Shown here in pieces: positions 18,601 to 27,923 of a stretch of DNA of 64,000 nt (positions are counted from its first letter, which is position 1; each line of letters opens with the position of its first letter). The notes beneath the pieces were generated by a model. That model made no database searches. It was given only the letters and a program-made list of their open reading frames with translations, and was not told the origin of the DNA. A program made the position numbers and the translations under genes. Source of the stretch: a virus; IMG/VR virus record IMGVR_UViG_3300042827_000007, positions 4,848 through 68,847 of that record. One strand, written 5' to 3'.

Positions 18601-19088
18601 CCGGCCCGTTCTTCCGTGAGGGTCAGCGCGTCGGCCCCCTGGTCGCCGGATGGGCGCACCCCGGGCAGCGCGGCGCGTCCGCGAACGTCGGCCACATGGC
18701 CGGCATGATCGGCGGCCTGTCGTTCGAGAGCACCGGCTCCCGCGGTGTCCACGTCGGCACCGGCCGCAAGCCCTCCGACTTCGCGCACATCGGCGTGGCG
18801 AAGGCGAACGGCGGCCTCGTCGCCCTCCAGCGTCTCGCTAAGGCGACGGCGGCCGACACGGGCCGGGTCACCCTGGCCCCCGGCCAGAACCTCGTGTGGA
18901 ACGGCCTCGGCCGGCCGGAGCACCTGGAAGAGCACCGGCCCGGGACCGGCGCGCCGGCCCGGATGCACCCGGACGACATTGACGCGCTCGCCCGCGCGAT
19001 CGGCGACGTCCTCGGCCGGGCGTTGCTCGGCACCGTCCCCGCGACGAAGGTCGCCGCGCGGCAGGCCGGCAGGAGGCCCGGACGATGA
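15630..19088 (+). CDS. Tape measure protein with C-terminal NlpC/P60-like domain
   Basis: 1152 aa Ala/Gly-rich amphipathic repeats; FATGG and GEFIVNA motifs; GKPYVWASAGPGGYDCSGIVS. Confidence 0.95.
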   Translation: MAVQTLADAAIVVRADFSRTGGEVEVGARRVGRKAGDAASKGFVERLKSGFGKGGSSAADSFAKGFGDNSGAFGRVIATMAAKVTIAGAAVAAAAPGVTQLTAALIPAAGAAVALPAALLAGRAAALTFKVAVSGVGDAIQKGFTGSAKEAQKALDQLPPSARRFASAIIATRKPIEQLKASVAGRFFGPLQNEVKPLADLYIPNLQRKMSALAGGLGNLGEQVAQSARKTAVFKAVNAVFDSATASAGRLRAGIDPLMRGLAAGLRATAPLLPGLASGLARVATNVGNYVRQAADSGRIVQVYRNAVGVLRTLGQIAGNVGSILSTVWKASDQAGGNLLTRIRDLTGQARRFVESGQGMTAITATFKTMSSLGDSLRTGLGAALPAIAQSVTIAAPALSRFAAAAAGLVVQLAPLLPHVTQLAVQILTALLPAIISLTGWMQRNQSTVQKLAPIILGATAAIYAHRAAILVVSAATRAWSIVMGAAKVAQAGWTAISWLASAPVAAHTAAMRLSTSTIGTWVGVKGIEARAWLSSTASTVRDTAAKVGNRIATAATTVATLASAAAAKASAIATATWSAVTTGATAVMKGVRIAVLALNAAMRANPIGVVITVITLLVAALVVLYKRNETVRRIVDACWKGIKTAISAVGAWFSGTLMPSIKRAIDQGATAFRFIQKVASTVWGGIRAYIGAQIGLVIKVFTTLKSFVTVTLPNAFRSGVGAIQKFWAGLQEAARKPVAFVVNTVINPFLAGFQKIAGVFGVKTPAPIRGFATGGRLDAEGGQIPGTPSSKDNRLGWLKDKAGRTIGNIAVATGEFIVNARDTAKALPLLRWINDGMKGGPADVARRIGRRPTDRMGDGSEGWAFAGGGLVGFFKDVWGAISDPVKLVKRPFEAALGRIPGGGMIRDLLLGMGRKLIGGVVDFISGGGGSVAGGNIGKAQAFVRAQAGKPYVWASAGPGGYDCSGIVSAVYNVLKGKNPYSHTFSTGSLPGPFFREGQRVGPLVAGWAHPGQRGASANVGHMAGMIGGLSFESTGSRGVHVGTGRKPSDFAHIGVAKANGGLVALQRLAKATAADTGRVTLAPGQNLVWNGLGRPEHLEEHRPGTGAPARMHPDDIDALARAIGDVLGRALLGTVPATKVAARQAGRRPGR

Positions 19089-19477
19089 CCTCGGTCCAGT
19101 ACACGAAGATGTGGCTCACCTCCGTAGTCAGCCAGGAGTCCATCGGCGCGTGGACCGACGAGGACCGCGAATCGACGTACGGCGTCGCGGGTGAGATCCG
19201 CACCTATGCCGGCGGCCGTCAGCGGGCCGTGGGATCGGTCGGGGCGTCCGGGCAGTGGAAGCGGACCCTCGTCGAGCTGACCGCCGCGGACGTGGCTCTC
19301 CTGCGGACCTGGATGGAGAACGGGGTGACCGTGTTCGCCCGGGACCACCTCGGCCAGGCCATGTACGCGACGTTCTTCGACGTCGGCGTGAAGGAGAACA
19401 AGTCGCAGACCTGGCAGGCCGCGACGTTCCGCGCGGACATCACCCTCCAGCGGGTCGACGTGTCCGAGGGGGTCTAG
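19085..19477 (+). CDS. Distal tail protein (putative)
   Basis: Immediately after tape measure; beta-rich 130 aa. Confidence 0.55.
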   Translation: MTSVQYTKMWLTSVVSQESIGAWTDEDRESTYGVAGEIRTYAGGRQRAVGSVGASGQWKRTLVELTAADVALLRTWMENGVTVFARDHLGQAMYATFFDVGVKENKSQTWQAATFRADITLQRVDVSEGV

Positions 19478-20632
19478 GTGCAACCGCCGACCGACGGCCC
19501 GCGGGCAGGCTTCACCACGGCTCAGGTGGAGTACCTGATCGAGAACGCGTCCAGCTATGACGTGGGTATGGGCCTCGAACTCCTGGACGGCCTCGACACG
19601 ATGCAAGTCCAGGACGACCTGTCCGACTGGCTCACCGCCGCGACCGTGGGCCGGTCGAACTATGCGACGATCCACGGCTCCGCGACGTTCAGCCTCGACA
19701 CGCCGCTCTCCTGGGGGAACTCGATCGTCCGGCCGTACATGACCCTCACCGGGCCGATCTCGTCGCTGGCGACCAGCCTCACGACGATGAAGTTCTACCA
19801 GGGCGCGTACTTCGTCGACGCCCCCGAGGAAGACCTGGCACAGGACCCGCCGACGTGGGACGTCACCGGGTACGACGTCCTGTCCATCCTGGACGACCCG
19901 ATCGGCGATGACTTCTCCATCGACAAGGGGGTCTTGTACCTGGCGTTCGCGGAGCAGATCCTCATAGACCGCGGGATCACTCAGTACCACATCGACCAGG
20001 GCCAGGCGGCGGCCGTGGCCGCGTCGCCGAAGGTGTGGGCCCTCGACGAGAACCCGACGTGGCTGGAGGTCGTGAACTACTGCCTCGGCGCGGTCGGATA
20101 CCAGGGGATCTGGACGGACTGGAACGGGGCGTTCCAGCTCCGGGAGTACCTGTCGCCGACGGACCGCTCCCCGGAATGGTTGCTGACCGCGGACGTCGCG
20201 AACACCCTCCTGACGCAGCGGCGCAAACGGTCCCGGGACTACTACGACGCCCCGAACCGGTGGGTCTTCTACCAGTCGAACGTGACCGAGGAACAGCCCG
20301 TCGACGGCGACGGCCGGTACGAGTACGTGAACCAGTACGTCGGGGAGACCAGTGTGGAGGCCCGCGGCGGGCGGACCATCACCCGGCCGCCGGAGGGTGT
20401 CGACGTCGCCGACCATGCATCCCTTGTGCAGTACGCGAAACGGGTCATCGACGCGGACATTCTGATCCCGACGAAGGTCTCTATCGACGTGGCCCCGCTC
20501 CCCCTGATCTGGCACATGGACCGGTACTCCGTCTCCGATCCGGCGCTCGGCGCGGCCGTGGAAGTCCTCGGCGCGTCGTGGACGGCGAACCTCGACGGGT
20601 CCGACGTCACGCACGAGTGGAGCGTCCTCTGA
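19478..20632 (+). CDS. Minor tail / baseplate hub protein
   Basis: 384 aa; synteny; YDAPNRWVF motif typical of actinophage hub proteins. Confidence 0.7.
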   Translation: MQPPTDGPRAGFTTAQVEYLIENASSYDVGMGLELLDGLDTMQVQDDLSDWLTAATVGRSNYATIHGSATFSLDTPLSWGNSIVRPYMTLTGPISSLATSLTTMKFYQGAYFVDAPEEDLAQDPPTWDVTGYDVLSILDDPIGDDFSIDKGVLYLAFAEQILIDRGITQYHIDQGQAAAVAASPKVWALDENPTWLEVVNYCLGAVGYQGIWTDWNGAFQLREYLSPTDRSPEWLLTADVANTLLTQRRKRSRDYYDAPNRWVFYQSNVTEEQPVDGDGRYEYVNQYVGETSVEARGGRTITRPPEGVDVADHASLVQYAKRVIDADILIPTKVSIDVAPLPLIWHMDRYSVSDPALGAAVEVLGASWTANLDGSDVTHEWSVL

Positions 20633-21330
20633 TGCCGACGTACCCGGAGAGCCAGCTCGAACTGATCGACTCGCGTGTCCGCCTCGGGATGGCCCGCCTG
20701 ACGAAGATGGGCACGGTCGCGTGGCGGTCGTCGGGGTCGCTGGCCGGCGACCCCGGCATGTACGCGGCGAGTGTCGTCTTCGACGGCTCCAGCGGCACGG
20801 CTCAGCCGGTGAAGTGCTTCGAGTCCGTGATCGTGGACATCGGGGACCGGGTCGGGGTGGTCCGCTTCGAGAGCGAATGGATCATCGTCTCGAACTACAC
20901 CCTCCGCACCCTCGGCGACGCCTCGTACGAGGCCCCCGGCGCGAACGGCGGGACGACGGCGTCCGCGACGTACGTCGACATGCCCGGGTCGCCGTCGGCG
21001 ATCCTGAACACGAAGTACCGGGACGACACCCTGCTCCGGATCTCTATGGGCGTGTCGATGTACTCCACGGCCGTGACGACGATCATTGAGATCGCGGCGT
21101 ACGTGGCGTCGACGGACGGGTCCATCGCCTACGACCAGCGGGTGATCAAGTTCGGGATCAACCCGGCGAACGAGCACACCGACGCCACCGGGTGGACCAC
21201 GTCGGCTCCCCTGCCGGGCGGGGTCGGGTACGCGGTCACCGGCCGGTGGCGTCGGGTGTCCGGCACGGGCACGATGACCACCGACGGCAATGATCACTGC
21301 TACATCCGGGTCGAAGAGGTGGTTTCGTAA
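20632..21330 (+). CDS. Minor tail protein
   Basis: N-terminal OB-like segment (IVDIGDRVGVV) and beta-rich C-terminus; synteny. Confidence 0.65.
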   Translation: MPTYPESQLELIDSRVRLGMARLTKMGTVAWRSSGSLAGDPGMYAASVVFDGSSGTAQPVKCFESVIVDIGDRVGVVRFESEWIIVSNYTLRTLGDASYEAPGANGGTTASATYVDMPGSPSAILNTKYRDDTLLRISMGVSMYSTAVTTIIEIAAYVASTDGSIAYDQRVIKFGINPANEHTDATGWTTSAPLPGGVGYAVTGRWRRVSGTGTMTTDGNDHCYIRVEEVVS

Positions 21331-23960
21331 TGCCAACCGTGACCACGTCCACAGCGGACGGCGCTCTCCCACAGGGCGGCCTCGTCAGCTTCCCCCCGAT
21401 GACGCTCATGGAGCGGGCACCGGACACCGGCCACCTGTGGCTGATCTTCCGGACCACGACCACGACCGTGACCATCTACCGCTCGATCGACAATGCGGCC
21501 AGTTGGCAGGCTCAGGGCAGCTTCACCCGGGCCGGGCTCTACGACCTGTCGGACTTCTCCATCGACCAGGCCGGCGACCACATCCACATCGTCTACCTCG
21601 TGAACGAGTCCTCACAGGACCGGATGTTTTACAAGCGGATCGACATCCGCTCGGGGACCCCCTCGTTCTCCACCGGCGAAATGCAGATCACCGCCGGGAA
21701 CAACGGCGGCACCGCCCGGTCCTACTGGTACTCGGCGTGCATCTACGCCTACAAGAACCCTGACGGGACGTTCGCGATCCTGATCCCGGGGGCGTTCCAC
21801 CAGTCGTCGTACTCGGGGATCTACATCTACGGGGTCTCGATCAAAAACGACGCCGTGTTCTCGACGTACAAGAACGACGGGATCGTCCGCTCGACTCACC
21901 AGTACCGGCTCTCCGGCGACGACTCCGGCGGCCTGACCGTGTGCCGCGACGTCGAACACAACGGCGACGGCTACACCACGAAGACCCCGAACGTGTGGCT
22001 CGCGTTCCAGATCCACTCCACGTCGTACTGCCTCAAACTGACCTGGCAGGGCTACAAGACCGGATGGTCGTCGCCGACCAGCGCGCCGAGCATCGCAACG
22101 TCCCGCCTGTCGTCCCGTGACCTCCCGGCCCGGTGGGACGGGAAGCGGTTCGTCATCATGTCGACCAACCCGACCGACCCGACGAAGATGGACGTCTTCG
22201 AGCGGGACGCCGGCAACACGAAGAACGTCGTCAAGCGGACCAGCCCCACGCACCCGAACAACACCGGCACGATCAACGCGAACATGCTCAGCTACAACCA
22301 CGTCACGCAGGACTTCCGGCTGTTCGCCGTCGGCGTGTCACCCGGCCCGCTCTACTACGTCGACTTCATCCGCGCGTCGGGCACGTGGGGCACCTGGACG
22401 CAGGCCGAAGGCGCGACCTCGATCACCACCTCCGAATGGTCCGTACGTAGATCTACGTACGGCACGAACCAGTACGACGTCTACCGGACCACCGGCACGG
22501 CGAGCCCCTGGACGATGGGCACGTACGCCCTCGCCGTGAACTTCGCCCCGACGGCCCCGACGTGGGTCACCGGCACCGCGGGCACCCCGCCGACGAACGG
22601 GGCCGCGTTCGACGTCTCCGCGAGCCTCACCCTCGACTGGGTCCACAATGACCCGAACCTCACCGACGCGCAGACTCAGTACGCCCTCCAGCGGCAGATC
22701 GGGGCCGGCACCGTCCAGTGGTGGAGGACGTCCGACTCGACCTGGCAGACCGTGGAGACGTTCAACACCTCGGCCACGTCCGCGGTCACCCTGTCGGCCG
22801 CTCAGTGGGTCGGGGCCGGCGGCGCGGGCGACCCGGCGCACGTCTACAAGGTCGCGACGAAGGACACGGGCGGGCTCACGTCGCCGTACTCGTCCGGGCT
22901 CGGCGTGGTCCCGTCGACCCGGACCGACCCGACGTTGACGGCACCGACCGGCGGCGCGATCCTCAACACTGGTTTGGTCGTCGCGAACTGGACGTGCGCC
23001 GACCAGTCCGCGTACCGGGTCACGGTCACGAACACAGCGACGGGTGTCGTCGTCCACGACTCCGGGTGGCAGGCCGACCCCGCGGGGCAGACCTCCGGCT
23101 ACGTGGTGCCGGTCCTCCTGGCCGACGGGTTCACCGGGTCGCTGACCCTCCAGACGAAGAACGGCGAGGGTCTGTCGTCGGTGGTCCGGACGGCCGCGTT
23201 CACGATCGACTTTGTGGAGCCGGTGGCCCCCCTCGTGACGGGTCTCGTCCCGGCCCCGAACTCCGGCGGGATCAACGTCACCGTGACGCAGCCGGCCCCG
23301 ACCGGCACGCAGCCGGCCACGGTCCGGATGGACCTCTACCGGCGGAAGGCGACGGGCGTCCTCCCGACGAACTCGAACCCGTACTTCGAGACCAACCTGA
23401 ACGACTGGGGCCAGACCGGCTACAGCGTCACCGCCCGGTCGTCGACGTTCGCGCACACCGGGACGTGGTCGCTCCTGCTCACCCCGAACGGGGTCACGGC
23501 GTCGCCGTACACGCAGACCTCCACGATCTACCCGACGTCGACGGGGGCGGCCTGGACGGCGAACGGGTGGTTCCGGTCGACGACGGCGAACAAGACCGTG
23601 AGGCTGAAACTCCAGTGGTACAACGCATCCAGCGCGTTGATCTCCGAATCGGTGCGGGACTTCACCCCCGTAGCGGGGGTGTGGATCTGGATGTCCATGA
23701 CCGCGGGCGCGCCGGACCTCGCGACCGGGGTCCGGTGGGCGTGCGGGCAGACCGGCACCCCGGCCGCGGGTGACACGGTCTACCTCGACGAGGCCGTCCT
23801 CATGCCGGCGAACCAGGACGACGGCATCCGGACGAACTTCGATATAGCGTCCGGGGTGACGTACCTCGACTGGAGGGCCGTCACCGGCGTGGAGTACGAG
23901 TACCGCGTCTACGCCGAGGCAGCGAACGGGACGCGGGTCTACGGCCCGTGGCAGGCGTGA
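21330..23960 (+). CDS. Large tail-tip / receptor-binding protein (beta-rich N-terminus, FN3-like domains, CBM4/9-like module)
   Basis: 876 aa; APTAPTW..LDWVHND..QTQYALQ (FN3-like); NSNPYFETNLNDW..AHTGTWSL (CBM-like). Confidence 0.78.
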   Translation: MPTVTTSTADGALPQGGLVSFPPMTLMERAPDTGHLWLIFRTTTTTVTIYRSIDNAASWQAQGSFTRAGLYDLSDFSIDQAGDHIHIVYLVNESSQDRMFYKRIDIRSGTPSFSTGEMQITAGNNGGTARSYWYSACIYAYKNPDGTFAILIPGAFHQSSYSGIYIYGVSIKNDAVFSTYKNDGIVRSTHQYRLSGDDSGGLTVCRDVEHNGDGYTTKTPNVWLAFQIHSTSYCLKLTWQGYKTGWSSPTSAPSIATSRLSSRDLPARWDGKRFVIMSTNPTDPTKMDVFERDAGNTKNVVKRTSPTHPNNTGTINANMLSYNHVTQDFRLFAVGVSPGPLYYVDFIRASGTWGTWTQAEGATSITTSEWSVRRSTYGTNQYDVYRTTGTASPWTMGTYALAVNFAPTAPTWVTGTAGTPPTNGAAFDVSASLTLDWVHNDPNLTDAQTQYALQRQIGAGTVQWWRTSDSTWQTVETFNTSATSAVTLSAAQWVGAGGAGDPAHVYKVATKDTGGLTSPYSSGLGVVPSTRTDPTLTAPTGGAILNTGLVVANWTCADQSAYRVTVTNTATGVVVHDSGWQADPAGQTSGYVVPVLLADGFTGSLTLQTKNGEGLSSVVRTAAFTIDFVEPVAPLVTGLVPAPNSGGINVTVTQPAPTGTQPATVRMDLYRRKATGVLPTNSNPYFETNLNDWGQTGYSVTARSSTFAHTGTWSLLLTPNGVTASPYTQTSTIYPTSTGAAWTANGWFRSTTANKTVRLKLQWYNASSALISESVRDFTPVAGVWIWMSMTAGAPDLATGVRWACGQTGTPAAGDTVYLDEAVLMPANQDDGIRTNFDIASGVTYLDWRAVTGVEYEYRVYAEAANGTRVYGPWQA

Positions 23961-23970
23961 GGGGGCAGCG

Positions 23971-24444
23971 ATGACGGACCCGCTACCGGCACCACAGAGC
24001 ACCGGCGGCGAGGAACTGTCGGACCTCGTCGAGGTGACGTTCATCTACGATCCCGCGCTCGGGTCGCCGACCAGCACGCAGGCCCTCGGCGGGAAGGTCA
24101 TCGGTGTCCCGTCCACGTCGATCCCGTTGCCGTTGCGGGGGAAGCTACTCGGTCAGCCGGGTTTCGGCCGGCAGATGGTTGTCCCGGACCCGCAGGACCC
24201 CGCGTCGACGATCCACCGGTGGGAGTGGGTCCTCCAGGGCGGGACGGACCCGGTAGACACGTTCATCGACTCCCTGACGGGGCGGGGAGGCTGGGTCAAC
24301 GTCCAGGCCCGGACCGTGGTCAAGACGCTGGTTCAACGGCTCTTCTCCGCGGGCATATCACGGACGACAATCCAGACTCAGGTGCCGCAGCTCTACCAGG
24401 CGATAGCGGCCGAGGTGAGGGCACAGGACGCCCTCGGATCATAG
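23971..24444 (+). CDS. Hypothetical protein
   Basis: 157-aa ORF with RBS, between tail tip and holin. Confidence 0.6.
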   Translation: MTDPLPAPQSTGGEELSDLVEVTFIYDPALGSPTSTQALGGKVIGVPSTSIPLPLRGKLLGQPGFGRQMVVPDPQDPASTIHRWEWVLQGGTDPVDTFIDSLTGRGGWVNVQARTVVKTLVQRLFSAGISRTTIQTQVPQLYQAIAAEVRAQDALGS

Positions 24445-24453
24445 GGAGAGGCC

Positions 24454-24726
24454 ATGCGTACGGACAGGTACCCGATTGCTCGGGACATCATCGAACGGGT
24501 CGGGGCGACGTTCGTCCTGACCCTGCTCAGCCTGGCAACCGCCGACGGGATCAACTGGACCGACTGGGGCTCCATGGATAACTGGCGGGCGTGGGCAATC
24601 GCCGCGCTGACCGCCGCGTTCAGCCTCGTGAAGGGCATCATCGCGACCCGCTTCGGCCGCAAGTCCGCCAGCCTGGACCCGGCCGTCGGGCTCCAGCCGG
24701 TCAGCTCCGGGACGCCCGGGGTCTGA
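24454..24726 (+). CDS. Holin (r1t-like)
   Basis: 90 aa, two TM segments, IERVGATFV..AALTAAFSLVKGIIA..SASL pattern. Confidence 0.8.
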   Translation: MRTDRYPIARDIIERVGATFVLTLLSLATADGINWTDWGSMDNWRAWAIAALTAAFSLVKGIIATRFGRKSASLDPAVGLQPVSSGTPGV

Positions 24727-24740
24727 CCCACGGAACACAG

Positions 24741-24777
24741 CGAACGGCCCGCCCCTCGTCTCGGGGCGGGCCGTTCG
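24741..24777. terminator. Bidirectional hairpin between convergent blocks
   Basis: CGAACGGCCCGCCCC-TCGTCTC-GGGGCGGGCCGTTCG perfect 15-bp stem. Confidence 0.8.
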
Positions 24778-24832
24778 GCGTTCGGTCCGGCGCTCTGGGT
24801 CGCCGGGTAGAGATCTTGGCTTAGAAACGCTC

Positions 24833-25048
24833 TCAGCCGGTTTCAGCGACCCGGGCCAGGTGCTCGGACAGATCCTCGGGGAACTCCCCGTCGAGCTGGA
24901 CGACCAGGGTCGCGTACCGGACCTTGTCCCCGCCGCGGGTGCCGGTCTCGTCGACCTGGACGCGGACCTTATCCGGGCCGAACTCGTGGGTCTGGCCGGC
25001 CAGGGTCAGCCGGACCCCGTCGCCCTCGCGCATCGTGCGTCGCATCAT
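24833..25048 (-). CDS. Hypothetical protein
   Basis: 71-aa ORF, GGAGG RBS, last gene of - block. Confidence 0.65.
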   Translation of the reverse strand: MMRRTMREGDGVRLTLAGQTHEFGPDKVRVQVDETGTRGGDKVRYATLVVQLDGEFPEDLSEHLARVAETG

Positions 25049-25461
25049 TCCTCCGGGTGTGGGCCCTGGACCTCCTGGTCCAGGGGCGTTCCTGTGTCGG
25101 CGTGGTCGCGGTAGTCGTCCAGGGCGGCATCGAACGCGACGTACGCCTTCCGGGCCTCGGGGTCGTCGAGGGCGAAGGCGTCACGCCAGCGCTTGAGCCA
25201 CGCCTCGACGTCGGACCCGCGGCGGGCCTCGTGCGCCGGGCCAGCCGGCGGGACACCCCGACGGAGCCGGTCCACAGCGTCCCGGATCTCCGCGACCGAC
25301 TTCGGTCCCGTGTTCCGGCGCTCCAGGAGAGCGGCGTCGGAGGCGTTCTCCAGTTCCTCGACCGTCGTGTACGCCGGCCCCCACTTCTCCGCCCTGCGGA
25401 GCCCGTTGTACGTCCTGGTCGGCAGATACGGGAACAGTCGCTCGATCGGTGTCGTCGTCAT
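25045..25461 (-). CDS. RNA polymerase alpha-CTD-like domain protein
   Basis: LPTRTYNGLRR...TTVEELENASDAALLERRNTGPKSVAEIRDAV matches alpha-CTD (R-x-x-N-x-L; N-x-G-x-K-S-x-x-E-I). Confidence 0.72.
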   Translation of the reverse strand: MTTTPIERLFPYLPTRTYNGLRRAEKWGPAYTTVEELENASDAALLERRNTGPKSVAEIRDAVDRLRRGVPPAGPAHEARRGSDVEAWLKRWRDAFALDDPEARKAYVAFDAALDDYRDHADTGTPLDQEVQGPHPEE

Positions 25462-25748
25462 CGGACCGTCCGATCGGCGGCCTTGCCGACAAGGTTCTCC
25501 AGGCCCCGCGGGACCGGCCGGCCAGCGTGGACCGCGGTCTCCCCGGTGCCGTACACCGGGGCGGAACCGACCACGGCCGGCTCCTGGACGATCGTGAACT
25601 CCCACAGCCCGCCGACGGGGATGTGTCGGGTCTCGCCGCGCTTCCCCTTCTCCGCGAAGACGAGGCAGGAGTCCCGGACGTGGGCGTGCTCGCACTCGAT
25701 CACCTCGACCGGGCCGTCCTTGACCCGCTGGAACTTGACCTTCGTCAT
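25458..25748 (-). CDS. Hypothetical protein
   Basis: MTKVKFQRVKDG...; coupled ATGA overlaps. Confidence 0.65.
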   Translation of the reverse strand: MTKVKFQRVKDGPVEVIECEHAHVRDSCLVFAEKGKRGETRHIPVGGLWEFTIVQEPAVVGSAPVYGTGETAVHAGRPVPRGLENLVGKAADRTVR

Positions 25749-26131
25749 CGGACAGCCTCTCGTGACATCGGGTAGCCGACGTGGCTCAGTGCCTCGTCGG
25801 CGGGGACGAGGTGACGCCACCGGACGACCCGGGCCGGGGCGTACTCGGTCGCGGGGACCTCGATCGTCGGCTTCCCGCACCCGGGGTGCGAGCACGGCTC
25901 GACCCGGACGACCCGGCCCTCCGCGCTGTGCCGCTCGATCCAGGCGGCGAGGTCCGTGTAGAAACACTGGGCCCGGACGCTCTCCCCGACGCACGGGTGG
26001 TACCCCCACCAGAACGCCGTGAAGTGCGCGCGGCCGAGGTCGTCGACGTCCCGGCCGGCCCGGACCTGGACGTCGATCAGGACCGTCCCCGGGGGGAGCG
26101 CGTCGAAGACCTCACGCGGCGGGGTCAGCAC
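25745..26131 (-). CDS. Hypothetical protein
   Basis: High-GC3 frame VLTPPREVF...MSREAVR; start approximate. Confidence 0.6.
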   Translation of the reverse strand: MLTPPREVFDALPPGTVLIDVQVRAGRDVDDLGRAHFTAFWWGYHPCVGESVRAQCFYTDLAAWIERHSAEGRVVRVEPCSHPGCGKPTIEVPATEYAPARVVRWRHLVPADEALSHVGYPMSREAVR

Positions 26132-26652
26132 GACGCGCACCCGTTCGCGTCGAACCCCGGGAGCGGGTCGTCGGTGCCGACGGCGTACGCGTACGCGACC
26201 CGCTTCCCGTGGGCCTTCGCATACTCGATCTCCCGTGCGGTCGACTCCCCGACGTAGCCGTTCAGGTTGATGACCATCACCATGTCGGCGAGGTCGATCT
26301 TCCGGAGGTGCAACTCGTCGAGGCATTCCTTCACGGCGGCGGCCTGAACCGGGCTCGCGAACGTCCCCTCGGCCTCGCTCCACCACACCCCCGGGTTGAT
26401 CACGATGTGGCCGTCCATGGTCAGCTCCGACGTGACCCGGTCGAAGTCCGGCCGGAACTTCGTCGACCCGACCAGGGCGATGACCATCGGCCGGGTCACG
26501 TCGACGTGACGCTCCAGGGACACCCCGGCGGCGCGGGCGCGGGCGGTCACCGTCTCGACGAACTCGACGACCAGGGACTCCGCCGCTTCGTCGCCGTCCC
26601 ACGATTCCGGCATCTGAGCCATGACCCGCTCGATCAGATCCTCATGCGTCAC
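26125..26652 (-). CDS. Nucleoside 2-deoxyribosyltransferase-fold protein (DUF4406-like)
   Basis: IALVGSTKF, LHLRKIDLADMVMVIN, GYVGESTAREIEYA. Confidence 0.75.
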   Translation of the reverse strand: MTHEDLIERVMAQMPESWDGDEAAESLVVEFVETVTARARAAGVSLERHVDVTRPMVIALVGSTKFRPDFDRVTSELTMDGHIVINPGVWWSEAEGTFASPVQAAAVKECLDELHLRKIDLADMVMVINLNGYVGESTAREIEYAKAHGKRVAYAYAVGTDDPLPGFDANGCASC

Positions 26653-27199
26653 GGTCGGTCCCTTCGTCGTCGAGCGGGCCGACCAGGGCGGCCAGGGCGG
26701 AGGTCGGCACCATGAGCGCGGACGCCGTCGGTACCCGATTGATGAACTCCCGGGCCTCGGCCGTCTCCAGCCCGCGGGTCAGGAGGTCCGTCAGGAGGTC
26801 GTTCTCCGTGCGGGCCAGTTCGTGGTGCGCGCGGGACTCGACCGCGTCAATGTCGGCGAGGGCCTGCCGGCGGGCGGCGGCCTTCCGACCGGGGATCGGG
26901 TTCTTCACCTCGTGGATCGTGACCAGGGAGTAATCGGCCGTGTCCGGGTACTCCCCGCCGACGCTCTTCGCGACCTGGCGGTAGACGTCATTCGCCTTGC
27001 GGTTGCACTCGTCCCGGGCCTGTTCGATCAGGAACAGACTGTCGCTCCACGCCTTCTCCGCCTGGCCGAACTGGTCGTTCAGCCGGCGGTCGAGGTCCGC
27101 GATCATCTCGGCCTTCCGGGCGGCGATGTCCTGGCGGAGCAGCTTGAACCGCTGACGGACGAGGGACGTCAACGCGTCCCGTTCAGCTTTGGTCATCAT
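26642..27199 (-). CDS. Coiled-coil hypothetical protein
   Basis: 185 aa helical; RBS GAGAGG. Confidence 0.7.
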   Translation of the reverse strand: MMTKAERDALTSLVRQRFKLLRQDIAARKAEMIADLDRRLNDQFGQAEKAWSDSLFLIEQARDECNRKANDVYRQVAKSVGGEYPDTADYSLVTIHEVKNPIPGRKAAARRQALADIDAVESRAHHELARTENDLLTDLLTRGLETAEAREFINRVPTASALMVPTSALAALVGPLDDEGTDRDA

Positions 27200-27923
27200 T
27201 GCCGGCAGTCTTCCTCTCGGGTGTGGTGGACCGCGTCCAGACTCTCTGATGCGCGGCGTGGACCTTCGGGAGTTGCTTCATCATCCAGTCGATGATCGAG
27301 GCCGACGGGGGGTAGTCCTCGCCGAGCCCCTTCTTCAACCGGGCCGCGTCGATGAACGTCTGGCACGCCTGGTACCAGCCGAGCAGGACCAGCCGGGCGG
27401 CCTCGGCGTTGTCGTGCGACTTGTGCGCGGCGTCGAGCCGGTCCTCCAGGTCCCGCAGGATCTCGCCGTGGACCTCACAGTCCGTCGAGCGGGCCATGGC
27501 CCGGCGCACCTGGCGGTCCTTGTCGACGTGCTCCGAGGACCAGGCGTCGCGCCAGCGTTCCGTCTCGTCGACCATGAGGTGAAGGGCCTCGACGAGTTCG
27601 GCGTGGATGGCGTTGCCGGGCTCCCGGGTGGCGAGGATGCGCCGGGCCGCGTCGCGGGTCTTCGCGCCGACCCCGCCCTCCAGGCGGACCTGTAGCCACC
27701 GGAGCCGGGTGTCGCCGTTCGGGGTGATGTCCGACCCGGACCGGGGGTGCCCGGCCGGGGGCTCTTGCCAGGCCCCGCGGTCGCCCTCCTTCCAGACGAC
27801 GTCGACCTCCCCGTTCGCGTCCCGGTGGAAGTGGCTCAGGTTCCGGTGGTCCTTGAGGCCGGCACAGTCGACCTCGACCCCCTCGGGGGTGCGGTAGCGC
27901 CAGGTGCAACCGACGGAGGTCAC
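27183..27923 (-). CDS. Hypothetical protein with N-terminal Cys/His micro-domain and coiled coil
   Basis: GTG 27923 overlaps upstream stop. Confidence 0.65.
   Translation of the reverse strand: MTSVGCTWRYRTPEGVEVDCAGLKDHRNLSHFHRDANGEVDVVWKEGDRGAWQEPPAGHPRSGSDITPNGDTRLRWLQVRLEGGVGAKTRDAARRILATREPGNAIHAELVEALHLMVDETERWRDAWSSEHVDKDRQVRRAMARSTDCEVHGEILRDLEDRLDAAHKSHDNAEAARLVLLGWYQACQTFIDAARLKKGLGEDYPPSASIIDWMMKQLPKVHAAHQRVWTRSTTPERKTAGNDDQS

Noticed and set aside
21330-24444. Diversity-generating retroelement or invertible tail-fibre cassette
   Set aside because: No reverse transcriptase, invertase or template/variable repeat pair seen
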